Source: Octopus vulgaris
Lineage: Eukaryota
Assembly: GCA_951406725.2 (NCBI GenBank)
Contig: OX597819.1
Span: 95,604,001-95,668,000, forward strand
Reading direction: 5' to 3'
DNA length: 64,000 bases
This document shows positions 49,001-59,515 of the stretch, piece by piece (the first letter of the stretch is position 1; each line of letters begins with the position of its first letter). The position numbers and the translations under genes are program-made. The notes beneath the pieces were generated by a model. It was not told the origin of the DNA, did no database searches, and saw only the letters and a list, made by a program, of their open reading frames with translations.

Positions 49001-52000
49001 ATCCATTAAAAATTACACCAATTAAAGAAATTTGACTAGCAGATTTCCCATCACTGGGCTATCTGCTAAACAAAGGTGACAGATTCCCTAAGTTCTGCAA
49101 AATGTAATGGTATTGTTGTTCACTAGCACCCTTATGGAATCAAAGGAAAAACTCGCAAACTATCCCAATTAAGCAACAAGAGAACAGAATTACTCTAAAC
49201 AAGACCAGAAGACATCACTAAGGAACCAAGATAACAAATAATTTCATTGTTTTGGTTGCTTAGTGCTAATTTAAGAAAGAGTATGTTAGTAGCAACTATT
49301 GTTACATTAAAACTACAGCCATGCCTTTGGCTTGCAATATTGAAACATTAAATAGGTTAGAATTAAGCAAGTTACGGTCATTTTCAACTGGATAGTGCGT
49401 ATGTTAACCAGGATTACCACCAGTTCTAGAAAGGAAAATAAGAGTGCTGGTGTCCATCAAATTTAAAATGTTTAAAATTGCATCTTACCGAGAGAAGGAT
49501 TGCTGTAGTCCCAACTTTCATTGTCATTTCTGACAACATTCAATTTTGTAGGCTGATAAAAAAAACAAATTAAAAAACCCATTGAACTGAATTTATTAAG
49601 AACAAAAATCTAGACCATAAGATATTTAAAACAAAATTCTTTACACGACATATCTGATAATCACCCTAAGTTGCAAAAGCATTGAATGAATCACAACACA
49701 AACAATCCTGCAATGAGGGTACTTACCCACAAATGAAACATCGAAACTTAAATTCACTTTCAAAAGCCAACCAATTAAAAATTTCAGAATTAATTGAAGC
49801 AAGATCTATAACAGTGAATATATTTTCTAATACTGAATTCAAAACTTGAAAATTTACCTTTGCATATTCAATCTTGAGTGTACAGCAACCAGAGTAAATG
49901 TCTGCACCATTCAGAGCCTGCTTTGCACGTTTTGCTTGATCAACAGTTTCAAATGTACGAATGGTTAAGGAATACCAACTACAAAATATACATTTTATAA
50001 AACAATTGTGCTATTTTAACATACTTTCCTATGCCCTCATGGGTCGGTTTACTGAGGTTGATTTTCTACAGCAGAATGATCTTCCTGATTTCCAAACACG
50101 GTAATATTTTCCTGTAGCCAGACATGTTTCCACAGCAAATTGGAAATGAATAATACTGCTTGTATAATAACTACCAGTGATGTCAAAAGAAGCAGAGACA
50201 AACATTACACTCAAACAGGCTTTTTTGCAATTTCTGCAGCAATACCAAATCTACTCACAAGGATTTGGTCAGTACAGGGCTACAGAAAATGAGACCTGCA
50301 CAAAGTGCTATGCATTGAGATTGAACCTGAAATCATGCAAATGGACTTCCAATTTCTAAATAACACAGTAATGCGTACACACAGAGAAAATGTCAAATTA
50401 ACAGAGTTGCTACAGTGATCACTAAAATACTTTGTCCAACTGCACTTGGGTCTAAATCTTGTCTAAGCCAACTTTGCCTTTATCTTGGGTTAAATTACCA
50501 GATTTGGCTGAGTTGAAATCCTGCCTCCAGCCAGGATTGTTGAGTTCTTAAGCAAATACCCAGCTATTAGAGTTTAATAAATGTCAGTATATTTTTGTCC
50601 TGTGCACTCAGCATATGAACACATTACACAATGTAAAAACTCTCAAATGTCAAAGAACTTCTAAAAATAATTGATATTTATTTTACAAATGGCCCTATCA
50701 AATAAGCATCTTACCTAACAATTTATACAAATTCACCCCAAGCATTTAATCATAACAGTACAACAGTGGAAAAAACTCATTCCAGTGAAAACAGTAACAT
50801 TAGCTTTATGCAAGTAAATAAGGAGAATTAAGTGCCTTTAAAGTCAGAATGCAAACAACCAATAGTTAATTTTAATTTATTGAAAGCTATGTTCACTTTG
50901 TAAAATAAGGATATTCAACCATTGCTTGGACACCATTCTTTTTGAAGATAACAATTCTTTGTACTTGCCCATATGGAGAACTGATTGTATGCATCACTTC
51001 CTGGAAAATTAAATACAAAGATATTTGTAATGGTTATTAAACAAATGCCCAATTAGAATAGAAAATATTAAAATGGTTACATACCACAGTGATCGGATAT
51101 TGTGGATTTAAAATGGTAAAGAGCAAAATATGGTTTGCAGTCCGCATATCTTCTGGGCCACTACAAACAAAAGAGATGGATTATATATATATATATATAT
51201 ATTAAACTTGTAAAATATGTAGTTTTTCTGTACCCCTTTTTAACAAAATACATTGTTATTTACAACAATACTTTTAAGTGGCCTTAAATCATCTTTATGA
51301 AATTATACCCACAGTAAACAGACCCGATATTTTCTAAAATATATATAAAGCTTACCCTGGTCTCTGGATCTTCTGACTGGTAGAGAAATTAAAGAAAGCA
51401 GGGTGACCACTAACATAAAGTTGATTGGACTGAACATAGTTCACACACTCAGTCGCTCCGGCTATATCCTATACAATAATAAATAATTTCCTCACAATTA
51501 AATATACACGATATGAAAAAAAAAATTAAAAATATAACTCAATTTGATGAATGATAAAATACCATCTAATCAACAAATACAAATTTCAATATTTCCAATG
51601 GATTTAGTAAAATCGCTCAACTCACCTCAAATTCAACCAGAGCTTGTCTTTTCTTTGGCATCATGATAACATAACTGTAATAGAGAGGGGGAAGTGATTG
51701 GTATACGAATGTAACATTTACAGTATTAACACAATCACACGCGAAGCCTTAAAGCAGAAAGGCTCATAAATATCAATAAACTTACCTAATGCACCCGAAG
51801 TTTTGCAAGGTATCAACCAAATCTTGCTCTACCACAGTCTCAGACAGACCACGGACATGCACCACGGGTGATGGTGATGGTTTGTGAGGATCTTCCATTA
51901 ATTTATCCTGTCAAATTAAAGAAAAAAGTCCAATATTTAAATGCTTCATATCAGTATATTGTTCACAAAAATTTTGGAAAATTTGATTATTCGATAAATT

Positions 52001-54807
52001 GGAAGGAAGCCGAGTTTCACATCAAAACCTAACCGATTTAATTAGACAACCGTTTAAAAAAAATTCCATCGATATATAAATAAAATTATAAAATCAATCG
52101 ACATAACGTTAAGTAAATCTGTAAAAATTTAATCTAAAATTTTATGGAATACAACGTAGTTGGTTATATAATATATATATATGAGGTAATCAGATTAGCG
52201 ATAGCATTTAGATAGTTTTTCTCATAAATTTTTACGTTTGCAACGGGTGACGATAAATTCAATATATTTTAAACATGAAGCAAATTGAAGTTTCTTAGCA
52301 AGAGAATAACAACCATTCTGCAAACGATGGTAGCATTTGGATTCCGCACCATCACCTGAACAATGATTTTCATTTTAAAATGAAGCAAACCAAATATTTT
52401 GGCACCAAGAATCAGTTTATCGTATTCATTCACCAATGAATTTATAAAAGCAAAATCCTCAAAACACTATAAATTCATTATTTTTCTTTCTTATCGGAAC
52501 GAAGTAATGAAAAGTAGGATAAAAGGAAAGTAGCAATAAATCAGAAATTATAAATAGTATATCCCACCTCCATTAACGTTTTAGAAGATGGGGATGGGCG
52601 GGAGGATGTAAAAAAAAAAAGTTAAGGAAATACAGCCAAGATTTGCGCAGGCGCATTGCTGTAATACGAGGAAGAAGATTGAATGTTCGGTAGGACAGTG
52701 AAGCGACGAAAACAGCCAATTAGGTGAATGAAAAGTAGCCGAGGGGAGTTTTGACGGTTAAAACCCTATGTACGGGACACCAATTTCATAGATTTAAAAT
52801 ACTCAAGTCTAATAAAGTTTATATTCATATAAATACAAAGTATTTATATCAATGAAATGAAGTTCGACTGTCTAGATTTTCTTTTTATTTAAAAAAGAAA
52901 AAAAAGCTTTACCTTTTTTTAACAACGCTTTTTTTTTTTTAATATTATACATGATCGAATATGCACTAATTGAATTAATAATTAAAAAAAAACATAAACG
53001 ATCTGACCTTTAAGTGAAACCCGGCAGTTTTTAAAATACAAAGTGGGAGGATCGGCAAATGCGCCTTCATGATAGGCTATATATAGTAAATTATATATCA
53101 TACTAAATTAAGCCGCTTTAATGGGTATAGAAAATAAATGGTTAACAATTATGGAGACAAGTGTGTTGAGAGAGTGACAGATTCCTAGCATTTTTGTTCT
53201 AATAATCTCAATATTCTAGTTTTATAATAAAAAGGTGACGAATGTTATATAACAGTGCTAAAGGAACAGCGCTTGGAGAAAATCCTAAATTTTAATAAAT
53301 ACCGATTCCTTTTTATACCATAATATTTATACTATTTTTTGGATATCTTCCCATCTTCCAAGTGAAAATGAAAAGCACCATACTACTGTCGGCCGGACAG
53401 AGTAATAAAAAGGTCACATCGATTTTATTTTTGTTACAAGTGAAATGAACATGGCTACTACTTTGGCAAGTAGTCGGCTACTGATGTGTTGCTAGCCAGC
53501 CACCAGATCATTAATGCCATCTCCATATTTCCTTAGCCAGCCACTTTCACAACGTTTGTGGACAGATTTGCATTCAACCATAAAATATACAAACTGCCAC
53601 AATTCTATACAGAATTAATCCAGGAATTATAAAAAAAATTTTTTTTTCATTTTTAAGAGTAGTTAATATAAAAATATAAATTTAATGTATTTAATTGTTT
53701 GTAGCATATTATTAAAATGTAGTCTTGACAATATCTTAATAATTTCACTAAACAAAAAAAATGCAATAACAAGAAATTCACAAAAATCAATAATTAAAGT
53801 GCAAGATGTGTATCAGTTCCATTTTTGAAAGAAATTCTACAAATGGGGAAAATAAATAAGAAATGCAAAAAATAAAATAGTAATTCTACAATTATTATGA
53901 TGAATAACACTTCATGAATTCTTTTTATTTGGAGCAGCAATATATTAGTCATCGCCACAAATAGGGAGAGAAATTGAAAAAGACGGCAGAAAGGAAAGAA
54001 GGGGGGGGCAGCTATGACAGCCTTAAAGCGGTCTTTGTTTTGTAATGAAATATGAGGTCGTTAGAAAAACGAGTGGCTTTTCTTTCACTAATTAAGTACG
54101 AAGAGCATCGTGCATGCAATATTGCATATCATATTTTCTTACTGTTTATGTATGCATAGGGAAGGGGGAAAAAAAAAGGAAATATAAGCGAGAGAGCTTG
54201 CTTTCACTATTTCAAAGATGATGTAGCTGTAGCCATCATTTCTTCTTCCAACACACGAAGACCATGCGGTCATAAAAAAAAAACACAAAAAAATACACAA
54301 ATTTTTTTATATATTATGAATATAAAAACAATCTACTTGTGCTGAAATATGATGAGCAGATTTAAATAAAATATAGCATAAGGCAGATAAATAATATTTA
54401 ACCACAGATCAGAAAGGGAAAAAATAAAAGAAACCATACGCAGGCAATTTAAAAAATAGAATGAACGAAAGGGTTATCTAAATAAGCCGGTTAGCAAATT
54501 TCTTCAAGAAAAAGGAAAACAAACTAAAATTTTTCAGTTTCTCCTCATTTCAAATTTTCGTGTTTATTTTCTTGTCCAAAGAAAAAGAGTAATTTTCAAT
54601 TCAATTACTGATTGATTTATCATATATATATCTAGTTAAAGAATTACTACTGAGAGACATCACGCACACAATACGAATGCATATATAGTAGTAATAACAA
54701 AAAAGGAGCTGAAAACTACTAGCACTTACTTTTCCTCCTTGGTTCATTCCATATCCATTATTTTCAGTTTTTTGACGCTTTGCTACATGACCTTCATAAA
54801 CCGCCAT
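37002..54807 (-). CDS. HNRNPL: Heterogeneous nuclear ribonucleoprotein L (hnRNP L/LL family, four RRMs); 17 coding exons, 564 aa
   Basis: Manual assembly keeps frame from ATG 54807 to TAA 37002 (1695 nt). Family motifs: DPHKPSPSPVVHVRGL, MPKKRQALVEFE, NHILLFTILNPQYPITV, KNGVQAMVEF, LNGADIYSGCCTLKIEYAKP, FNLFCLYGNV, SRNNRFTNPEAASKNRIQGPAKVLHYFNAP, ERSSTGLVEF, PFVFKLCFS. Confidence 0.96.
38030..38125 (-). CDS. HNRNPL: hnRNP L exon 16 (TERSSTGLVEFETKADAIEGLVACNHQSIPNP)
   Basis: AG/GTAAGT; RRM4 motif. Confidence 0.95.
38630..38687 (-). CDS. HNRNPL: hnRNP L exon 15 (VFTDAGAKSPVRIKQFPSR)
   Basis: AG/GTAAGT; phase consistent. Confidence 0.92.
38793..38866 (-). CDS. HNRNPL: hnRNP L exon 14 (RIQGPAKVLHYFNAPPNITEDEICQ)
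   Basis: Start of RRM4; GT donor. Confidence 0.92.
38867..39133 (-). other. U12-type intron with non-canonical AT-AA termini, 267 bp
   Basis: 5'ss ATATCCTTT; branch TCCTTAAC at 38883-38876; only a 3' end ...CATCAA|GT restores SKN-R-IQGP in frame. Confidence 0.82.
39134..39264 (-). CDS. HNRNPL: hnRNP L exon 13 (YSKQAFLQDVPNPHTLPDGSPSFKDFMGSRNNRFTNPEAASKN)
   Basis: AG acceptor; followed by U12-type donor ATATCCTTT. Confidence 0.94.
39517..39638 (-). CDS. HNRNPL: hnRNP L exon 12 (IKFLKSKEGSAMIQMGDNQAVDRVIQNLNGCYFVGKKIQL)
   Basis: AG/GT; RRM3 core. Confidence 0.95.
39746..39937 (-). CDS. HNRNPL: hnRNP L exon 11 (DRYGAPPMPPYED...GAVLMAYGLNMDKINCDSIFNLFCLYGNVVR)
   Basis: ORF 39665-39976; start of RRM3; AG/GT. 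Confidence 0.96.
40365..40589 (+). mobile_element. RTE 3' UTR insertion in hnRNP L intron 10, antisense to the gene
   Basis: Near-identical to the reverse complement of 18431-18655; (GAT)n tail. Confidence 0.9.
41499..42032 (+). mobile_element. Helentron/HINE-like non-autonomous element in intron 10
   Basis: 5' TTACCTCCATCTTAGCAAAGG; 3' TTTTGGCAGAGGT followed by short hairpin ACTCTCTGAGT; second copy at 29690-30003. Confidence 0.6.
42326..42528 (-). CDS. HNRNPL: hnRNP L exon 10, Gly/Pro/Tyr-rich linker (GNHPDVRRGGGGGPGMGPPPGGHGGGYGG...GPGSTGIL)
   Basis: ORF 42221-42514; TTTTAG acceptor and GTAAGC donor; phases fit both neighbours. Confidence 0.9.
45662..45736 (-). CDS. HNRNPL: hnRNP L exon 9 (GKSPVVAKNQPLLQDPRYAPGPTPY), 75 nt, phase 1-1
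   Basis: TTTCAG acceptor, GTGAGT donor; QPLL motif of the RRM2-RRM3 linker; possible in-frame alternative donor 21 nt further (exon end 45641). Confidence 0.85.
47604..47802 (-). other. Candidate poison (NMD) exon in the intron after exon 8
   Basis: Branch point TACTGAC (47834-47828), ACAG acceptor, in-frame TGA at 47728-47726; possible donors GTGAGC (47729) or GTAGAT (47603); preceded by a CA-rich block. Confidence 0.5.
49489..49552 (-). CDS. HNRNPL: hnRNP L exon 8 (PTKLNVVRNDNESWDYSNPSL)
   Basis: AG/GT boundaries; matches the family PTRLNV..ND..WDYTNP motif; phase 1 end. Confidence 0.95.
49858..49954 (-). CDS. HNRNPL: hnRNP L exon 7 (FETVDQAKRAKQALNGADIYSGCCTLKIEYAK)
   Basis: Signature RRM2 motif; AC acceptor, GT donor. 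Confidence 0.96.
49955..50914 (-). other. U12-type (minor spliceosome) AT-AC intron, 960 bp
   Basis: 5'ss ATATCCTTAT at 50914; branch site TTCCTTAAC about 10 nt upstream of terminal AC at 49956-49955; joining gives GA|A = Glu in AMVEF. Confidence 0.93.
50915..51000 (-). CDS. HNRNPL: hnRNP L exon 6 (EVMHTISSPYGQVQRIVIFKKNGVQAMV-E)
   Basis: AG acceptor; followed by U12-type donor ATATCCTT. Confidence 0.93.
51085..51160 (-). CDS. HNRNPL: hnRNP L exon 5 (GGPEDMRTANHILLFTILNPQYPITV)
   Basis: AG/GT boundaries; start of RRM2. Confidence 0.95.
51356..51468 (-). CDS. HNRNPL: hnRNP L exon 4 (DIAGATECVNYVQSNQLYVSGHPAFFNFSTSQKIQRP)
   Basis: AG/GT boundaries; NFSTSQKI motif. Confidence 0.95.
51626..51674 (-). 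CDS. HNRNPL: hnRNP L exon 3 (SYVIMMPKKRQALVEFE)
   Basis: AG/GT boundaries; phase consistent; RRM1 RNP motif. Confidence 0.95.
51786..51907 (-). CDS. HNRNPL: hnRNP L exon 2 (DKLMEDPHKPSPSPVVHVRGLSETVVEQDLVDTLQNFGCI)
   Basis: AG/GT boundaries; start of RRM1. Confidence 0.95.
54730..54807 (-). CDS. HNRNPL: hnRNP L coding exon 1 (MAVYEGHVAKRQKTENNGYGMNQGGK)
   Basis: AAAATGGCGG start context; KRQK basic motif; donor GTAAGT, phase 0. Confidence 0.88.
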
Positions 54808-55503
54808 TTTCACTAACGCTAAATACTTTTAAGTTGTAAACGAGCTCAACGCTGCAGTATGTGTCTGTGTGAGAGCTGAGGATCTGATAATACCCTCCAC
54901 TTCTCGCAGCAGCTGCACGTTGCTATGTAGGAAACAGAGGAACCTACTGCTACTACTTCTACAACCACCACTACTACCACTATTACTGCTTCTACTTCGC
55001 TAATAATATAACAAGAGAAGGATTGTAAGAAATTACAGAGAGAGGGGGAAGGCAGCAGGCAGTTAGGAAAAAGAAGCAGTAGAAAGAGCGGAAAATTATT
55101 GAGCACTTATTCTTCCCTCTTAAATGCAACTATTATATTATATTGGAGACAAATTTCAAGTATTGAAAAAAAAAAAGAGAACTTCCAGTCAGTTTAAAAT
55201 GTAGCCTTTTTTGCAAAATAATAAACAAAAAAATAAGCGAATAAGTCTAATTTGTAAATGCAGAAAGCTTTTTTTTTTCTAAAGAATTAGCAACTATTGT
55301 AATAATGATTTTAGAAAGAAGGGTTAGAGATTAAGATGAAAAAGTATAGTCATGTGACCTAAATCACATGACTGAATGTCTTGCCCGCTTCCATACCAAT
55401 AAGCATAATGTAAGGCGGCTCTTACCTCCCTGATTTCCCCCTCTTCCTTCCATATAAAATAGTGAATGAATTAGTATTTTATTTTCCCCCATTACATAAA
55501 AAG
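54808..55503. promoter_or_regulatory. Short head-to-head interval: 5' UTRs plus probable bidirectional promoter with paired M-box/E-box motifs
   Basis: About 0.7 kb between divergent ATGs, no recognisable repeats; AGTCATGTGA (55348-55357) and TCACATGACT (55364-55373) form a perfect inverted pair. Confidence 0.55.
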
Positions 55504-55565
55504 ATGTCTTCAATAACTACGAAAGAAGTTTTTGGCTACGCTAAAGATGGGACGACCGTTGAGAG
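55504..55565 (+). CDS. GALM: Probable exon 1 of galactose mutarotase / aldose 1-epimerase (MSSITTKEVFGYAKDGTTVE-R); no further exons found in the window
   Basis: AAGATG start; resembles the GALM N-terminal FG...DG..VE[RK] pattern; AG|GTATAA donor, phase 2; only 21 codons. Confidence 0.6.
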
Positions 55566-58500
55566 GTATAAAAACGATATACTTTAAATCATCCATACTT
55601 TACTTGCAAAATTTTCATATGTAGGAAATTTTATGTCTGCCAAGAAAGCATTTTTTCTCTCTTTCATTTACACGAAACTGAAAATATGGGTGGTTGAGGG
55701 AAAGAAGGGAGTAAAGAAATATATCGATTTTTTTTTTTTTTTTAAGAAGCGAAGAAAAATCGTTTTAACAGCCAAAAGAAAGTTGCGACATAAATATACA
55801 GTCAAATAAATAACATGAACTAAATAAACCAACAGCACTTACGTTCACAATAAGATTTTTTAGACTGACACGTGGGTATTATTAAGTGATGGCTGTTGGT
55901 GAAGATTTGCTAGATGGCAATCTAGCATAAACCCAACTAAATTGAAAACCGGCTTTGTTGATAAATTTCACAATGCTGGCATAATAAATATAGTTTCGAT
56001 TCTTAAATTGGAGGAGAAGTGGAATAAAAACGACTGAAATGAAATTACGCGAATATGGGATATATATATATATATCAAACAGGAAGACCAGTTGCACGTA
56101 ATATATTTTTTAATGTGTACATGTAGTTTTGTACAAGGTTGTTAGAGACGCAATCATTCTGTCATTATCAAGGTGCGTTGAAAGAATGAGCAGAGAGCAG
56201 ACACATGGTTTAAGATGGAAAACAATAGAAGATTCTCTTGTTAAAACTAGTGATGGTGACGTCAATCAACTGCATAGAGCCCAGTATTAGATCAGCTTTC
56301 TATTTACTCTGCGCATGTGTTAAGTCGTTTTTCCAGTACACCTCTGACCTTGGTTTAAAACTTATTTCATACTGCGAATAACGATTAAGTTGAATCGTGC
56401 ATATGTCGTCTCCCTATATACCGTTAACTTTTTTCTTTTACCAATTTTTTTTGCATCCCTTTTCAGTTCAAAAGTAGAGGGGTGGGAGAAAAACGTGCAG
56501 TTACAGCAATCGTGCACTTGAATGGAAGTTTACTTGTGTGAATAGAAAGATATATTTAAAAATATCGATTGGTATGTATATGTGTGTGTGCGATTTAAAA
56601 TTGCTCCGAATATATTTTCATTTCGCGTTTACTTATTTTAATGTTGGTTTCATGATTATATCAGATCCCCACAACTTACAATTAAAGAGCTCTTTGCTTA
56701 CCATATATATGTATGTGTATATATATATATGTATGTATGTATATATGTGTGTGCGTGTGCAGTTTGTGTGACAACTTGTTACTATTTATGTTGCAAGAAC
56801 ACATCAACAGAAATAGAGGGTGTGGAAAGACGACAAAGATGGTGCTGCTTGCAATTTTTTTTCTTTCTCCAATAGTAAAAGACAGCTAATTTGTCTGAAG
56901 ACATTGTCGGCCGACTGCTTGCTTTATCAATGGCAACGGTCGGTTGCGATACTTCGAGGCCGGGCACCTAGCTACTGTTATTAAACCGTCTTGCTTCCTC
57001 TTGAGTTGACTTCACTTTCATAAGATAACGAATTGTCATTTAACTATTTCAGTTTCTCTCTCTCACACTCTCCACATTTTCCTAATTCCTATTCAGAACT
57101 CTTACCTGGTTTGCGTAACTTCTACCAATATTGAAGTCGTTTCTGAATTATCTGAAAAGTGAGTAAAATACGAAAGGACCAAGGAAAAAATTAGTTTTGT
57201 TTTTCATTTTAGGACGAACATTTATAATGGTTTTCCTTTATTTTTAAGAGATTTATAATCACCAGTAAAAGTCTCCATTTGAGTTTATGCGATGAAGTGA
57301 ATATTATTTATTGGAAAAATATCTACATTTTTAGCATAGAATTAGTAATATATCGCGGAGTTTTATTGATTTTTATTTAAAAAGTAAATTGATTCGTCGT
57401 CCGTTTCGTCGATGAGTATTCCATTCGATCAACGGTACTACCCATTCATTGGATTATACGTGCACGAGAATTCTTCAAACATTTGTACTCTTTTTAACGT
57501 ATTCTTCCATCATGGCCTCGGCCGAAATGGTTAAAATAAACTAAAGAACATATTCAGTATGACAGTATCTGTATAAAAGCTGGGCCTTTTAATTAAAAGT
57601 ACAATTCATCCGACAAACTTCCGCTGTTCTCGTTTATCCAATTCCACTCACATTGCGTGGGTCGATTCGAGGCTACAGCAGAAGACACTTGCCCGAGGTA
57701 CCGTGTAATTGCATCGAACGTGGGACATCATTATGCGAAGCGAATAAGCAAATACGTTCATTGTTTTTAATTACTTTCCATTCGCATATTTCCAACAAAA
57801 TCGGTCGTAAAGTTGCTTATTTTTTAATCAATCGAACTTTGTCGTATAATTGACATAATTAGTAATTCTATGTTCAATCTAAAAATTAACAACGTAAATC
57901 TTCTTATCCTAACCTTGAAGTGTGTAACACGATTTGTAACATTGACGGGAATGTCGAGGATCAATAGCGCGTACCGGTTTCAAAATAACTGTCATAACAC
58001 AGCAAACTTGATCCGCAACTTAAAAGAATTTCAAGGCTTAAATAGAACATTTTAGTTGTAATATATTGGATGAAAAAGAGATTTTAAAATATGCATATAA
58101 CGTAAATGTTTGTGGTTTTATTTCAAACAGGTAATCAATTACCAAACATTTTGCTATTGATTCGGTTAAATGTACTTATAAGATTATATCCTTCAACTAA
58201 GATTAATTTAAAATTTACTACTACAAGCTTACTATAATAGCATAGTTAAATATTTTTGTTAATGTATATCTATAATTTTATAAACATTTGAGCAGCTTAT
58301 AGTTTTCGTGGCACCGCGCTTAAAAAAATAAAATTTTTTATCTTTTAGTCACGTCGGAAGGCAGTATCCCAGACTCTTTACAGGGCCTTCAAGACGAGGG
58401 AGGGAGGTATCTTTAGACTGAAGACCTGGCCCAGATGCTGGCTACTCAGTGAACTCAACTAAAGATAACCAAGGATCAGGAGGTAGTATTAAACTGGGTA

Positions 58501-59139
58501 ACAAATTCAGTCTACAATCCAAGTAGGCCATGGCTGGATTTGAACACAATGCAAAAAACTGGAGCAAATGACACAAGATCTAACATTCTTCCAGAACTGC
58601 CTAGCCACCACTGTGGATTGGTCTATTTTTATTGATTCTGAAATGATGGAAAGCAAAATTTACTTTGGTGGTATTCGAACTCAGAGTGCAGAGACTCATA
58701 ACAAATGTTGCAAGGCATTTCATCCAACACTAGCAACCCTGTCATCTGTGTATATGTCTTTTATATTTAACTGAATTGGATCACATTCTTATGATTTTGA
58801 AAACATTAACTCCTGCCCCCAAGATATGACTGTGTTGCAATGTTCCTTCAAGTTTTTCCAAACCATTGAGTGGAACTTGTGCAACTTTGAGCCAAAATAT
58901 TTAAAATTCAAAGCATGTATGGGGCATTCAAGCTTTGGGATTATCAAACAGTATTTTGATTTGTGCAGCACCAATATAGCTTTGAGAGAAGTTGTGGTGC
59001 AGCACTAATATAGCTTTGGGGGAAGTTATTATCCTCTAATTAGTGCAGGAATTTATTAAAAACATTCTATTATTGCATGAAAATGCAACTGCAAGCCACA
59101 CTATTCATATCATATTTCATTTTTTTTTTGTAGGATTTA

Positions 59140-59515
59140 ATGGCTGTATGATAAGAAGTTTGCTTCCCAACCACATGTTTCTGGGTTCACTCCCACTGAG
59201 TGGCACCTTGAGCAGATGTTTTCTACTATAAACCTGAGGCTGACCAAAGCCTTGTGAATGTATTTGGTAGATAGAAAGTAAAAGAAGCCTGTCATGTATA
59301 TGCATCTATGTATGGCTTTGTATTTGTCCCCTATCACCACTTAGCAACAGGTGTTGGTTTGTTTACATCCCTGTAACTTAGCATTTCAGCATGAGAGACC
59401 AAGAGAATAAGTACCAGACTTTAAAAAAAAAAATTAAGCAGTGTCAATTTGTTCAACTAAAACTCTTCAAGATGGTATCCCAACATGGCCACAGTCTAAT
59501 GACTGAAACATAAAA
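59140..59515 (+). mobile_element. tRNA-derived SINE (family A), diverged
   Basis: TGGCTGTATGATAAG...GGTTCACTCCC...GACCAAAGCCTTGTGA...ATAAGTACCAG. Confidence 0.8.

Noticed and set aside
54846-55106. 86-aa ORF upstream of hnRNP L on the same strand
   Set aside because: Non-ATG start and low-complexity (GTA/GTG)n content; lies in the 5' UTR/promoter with no recognisable protein features.
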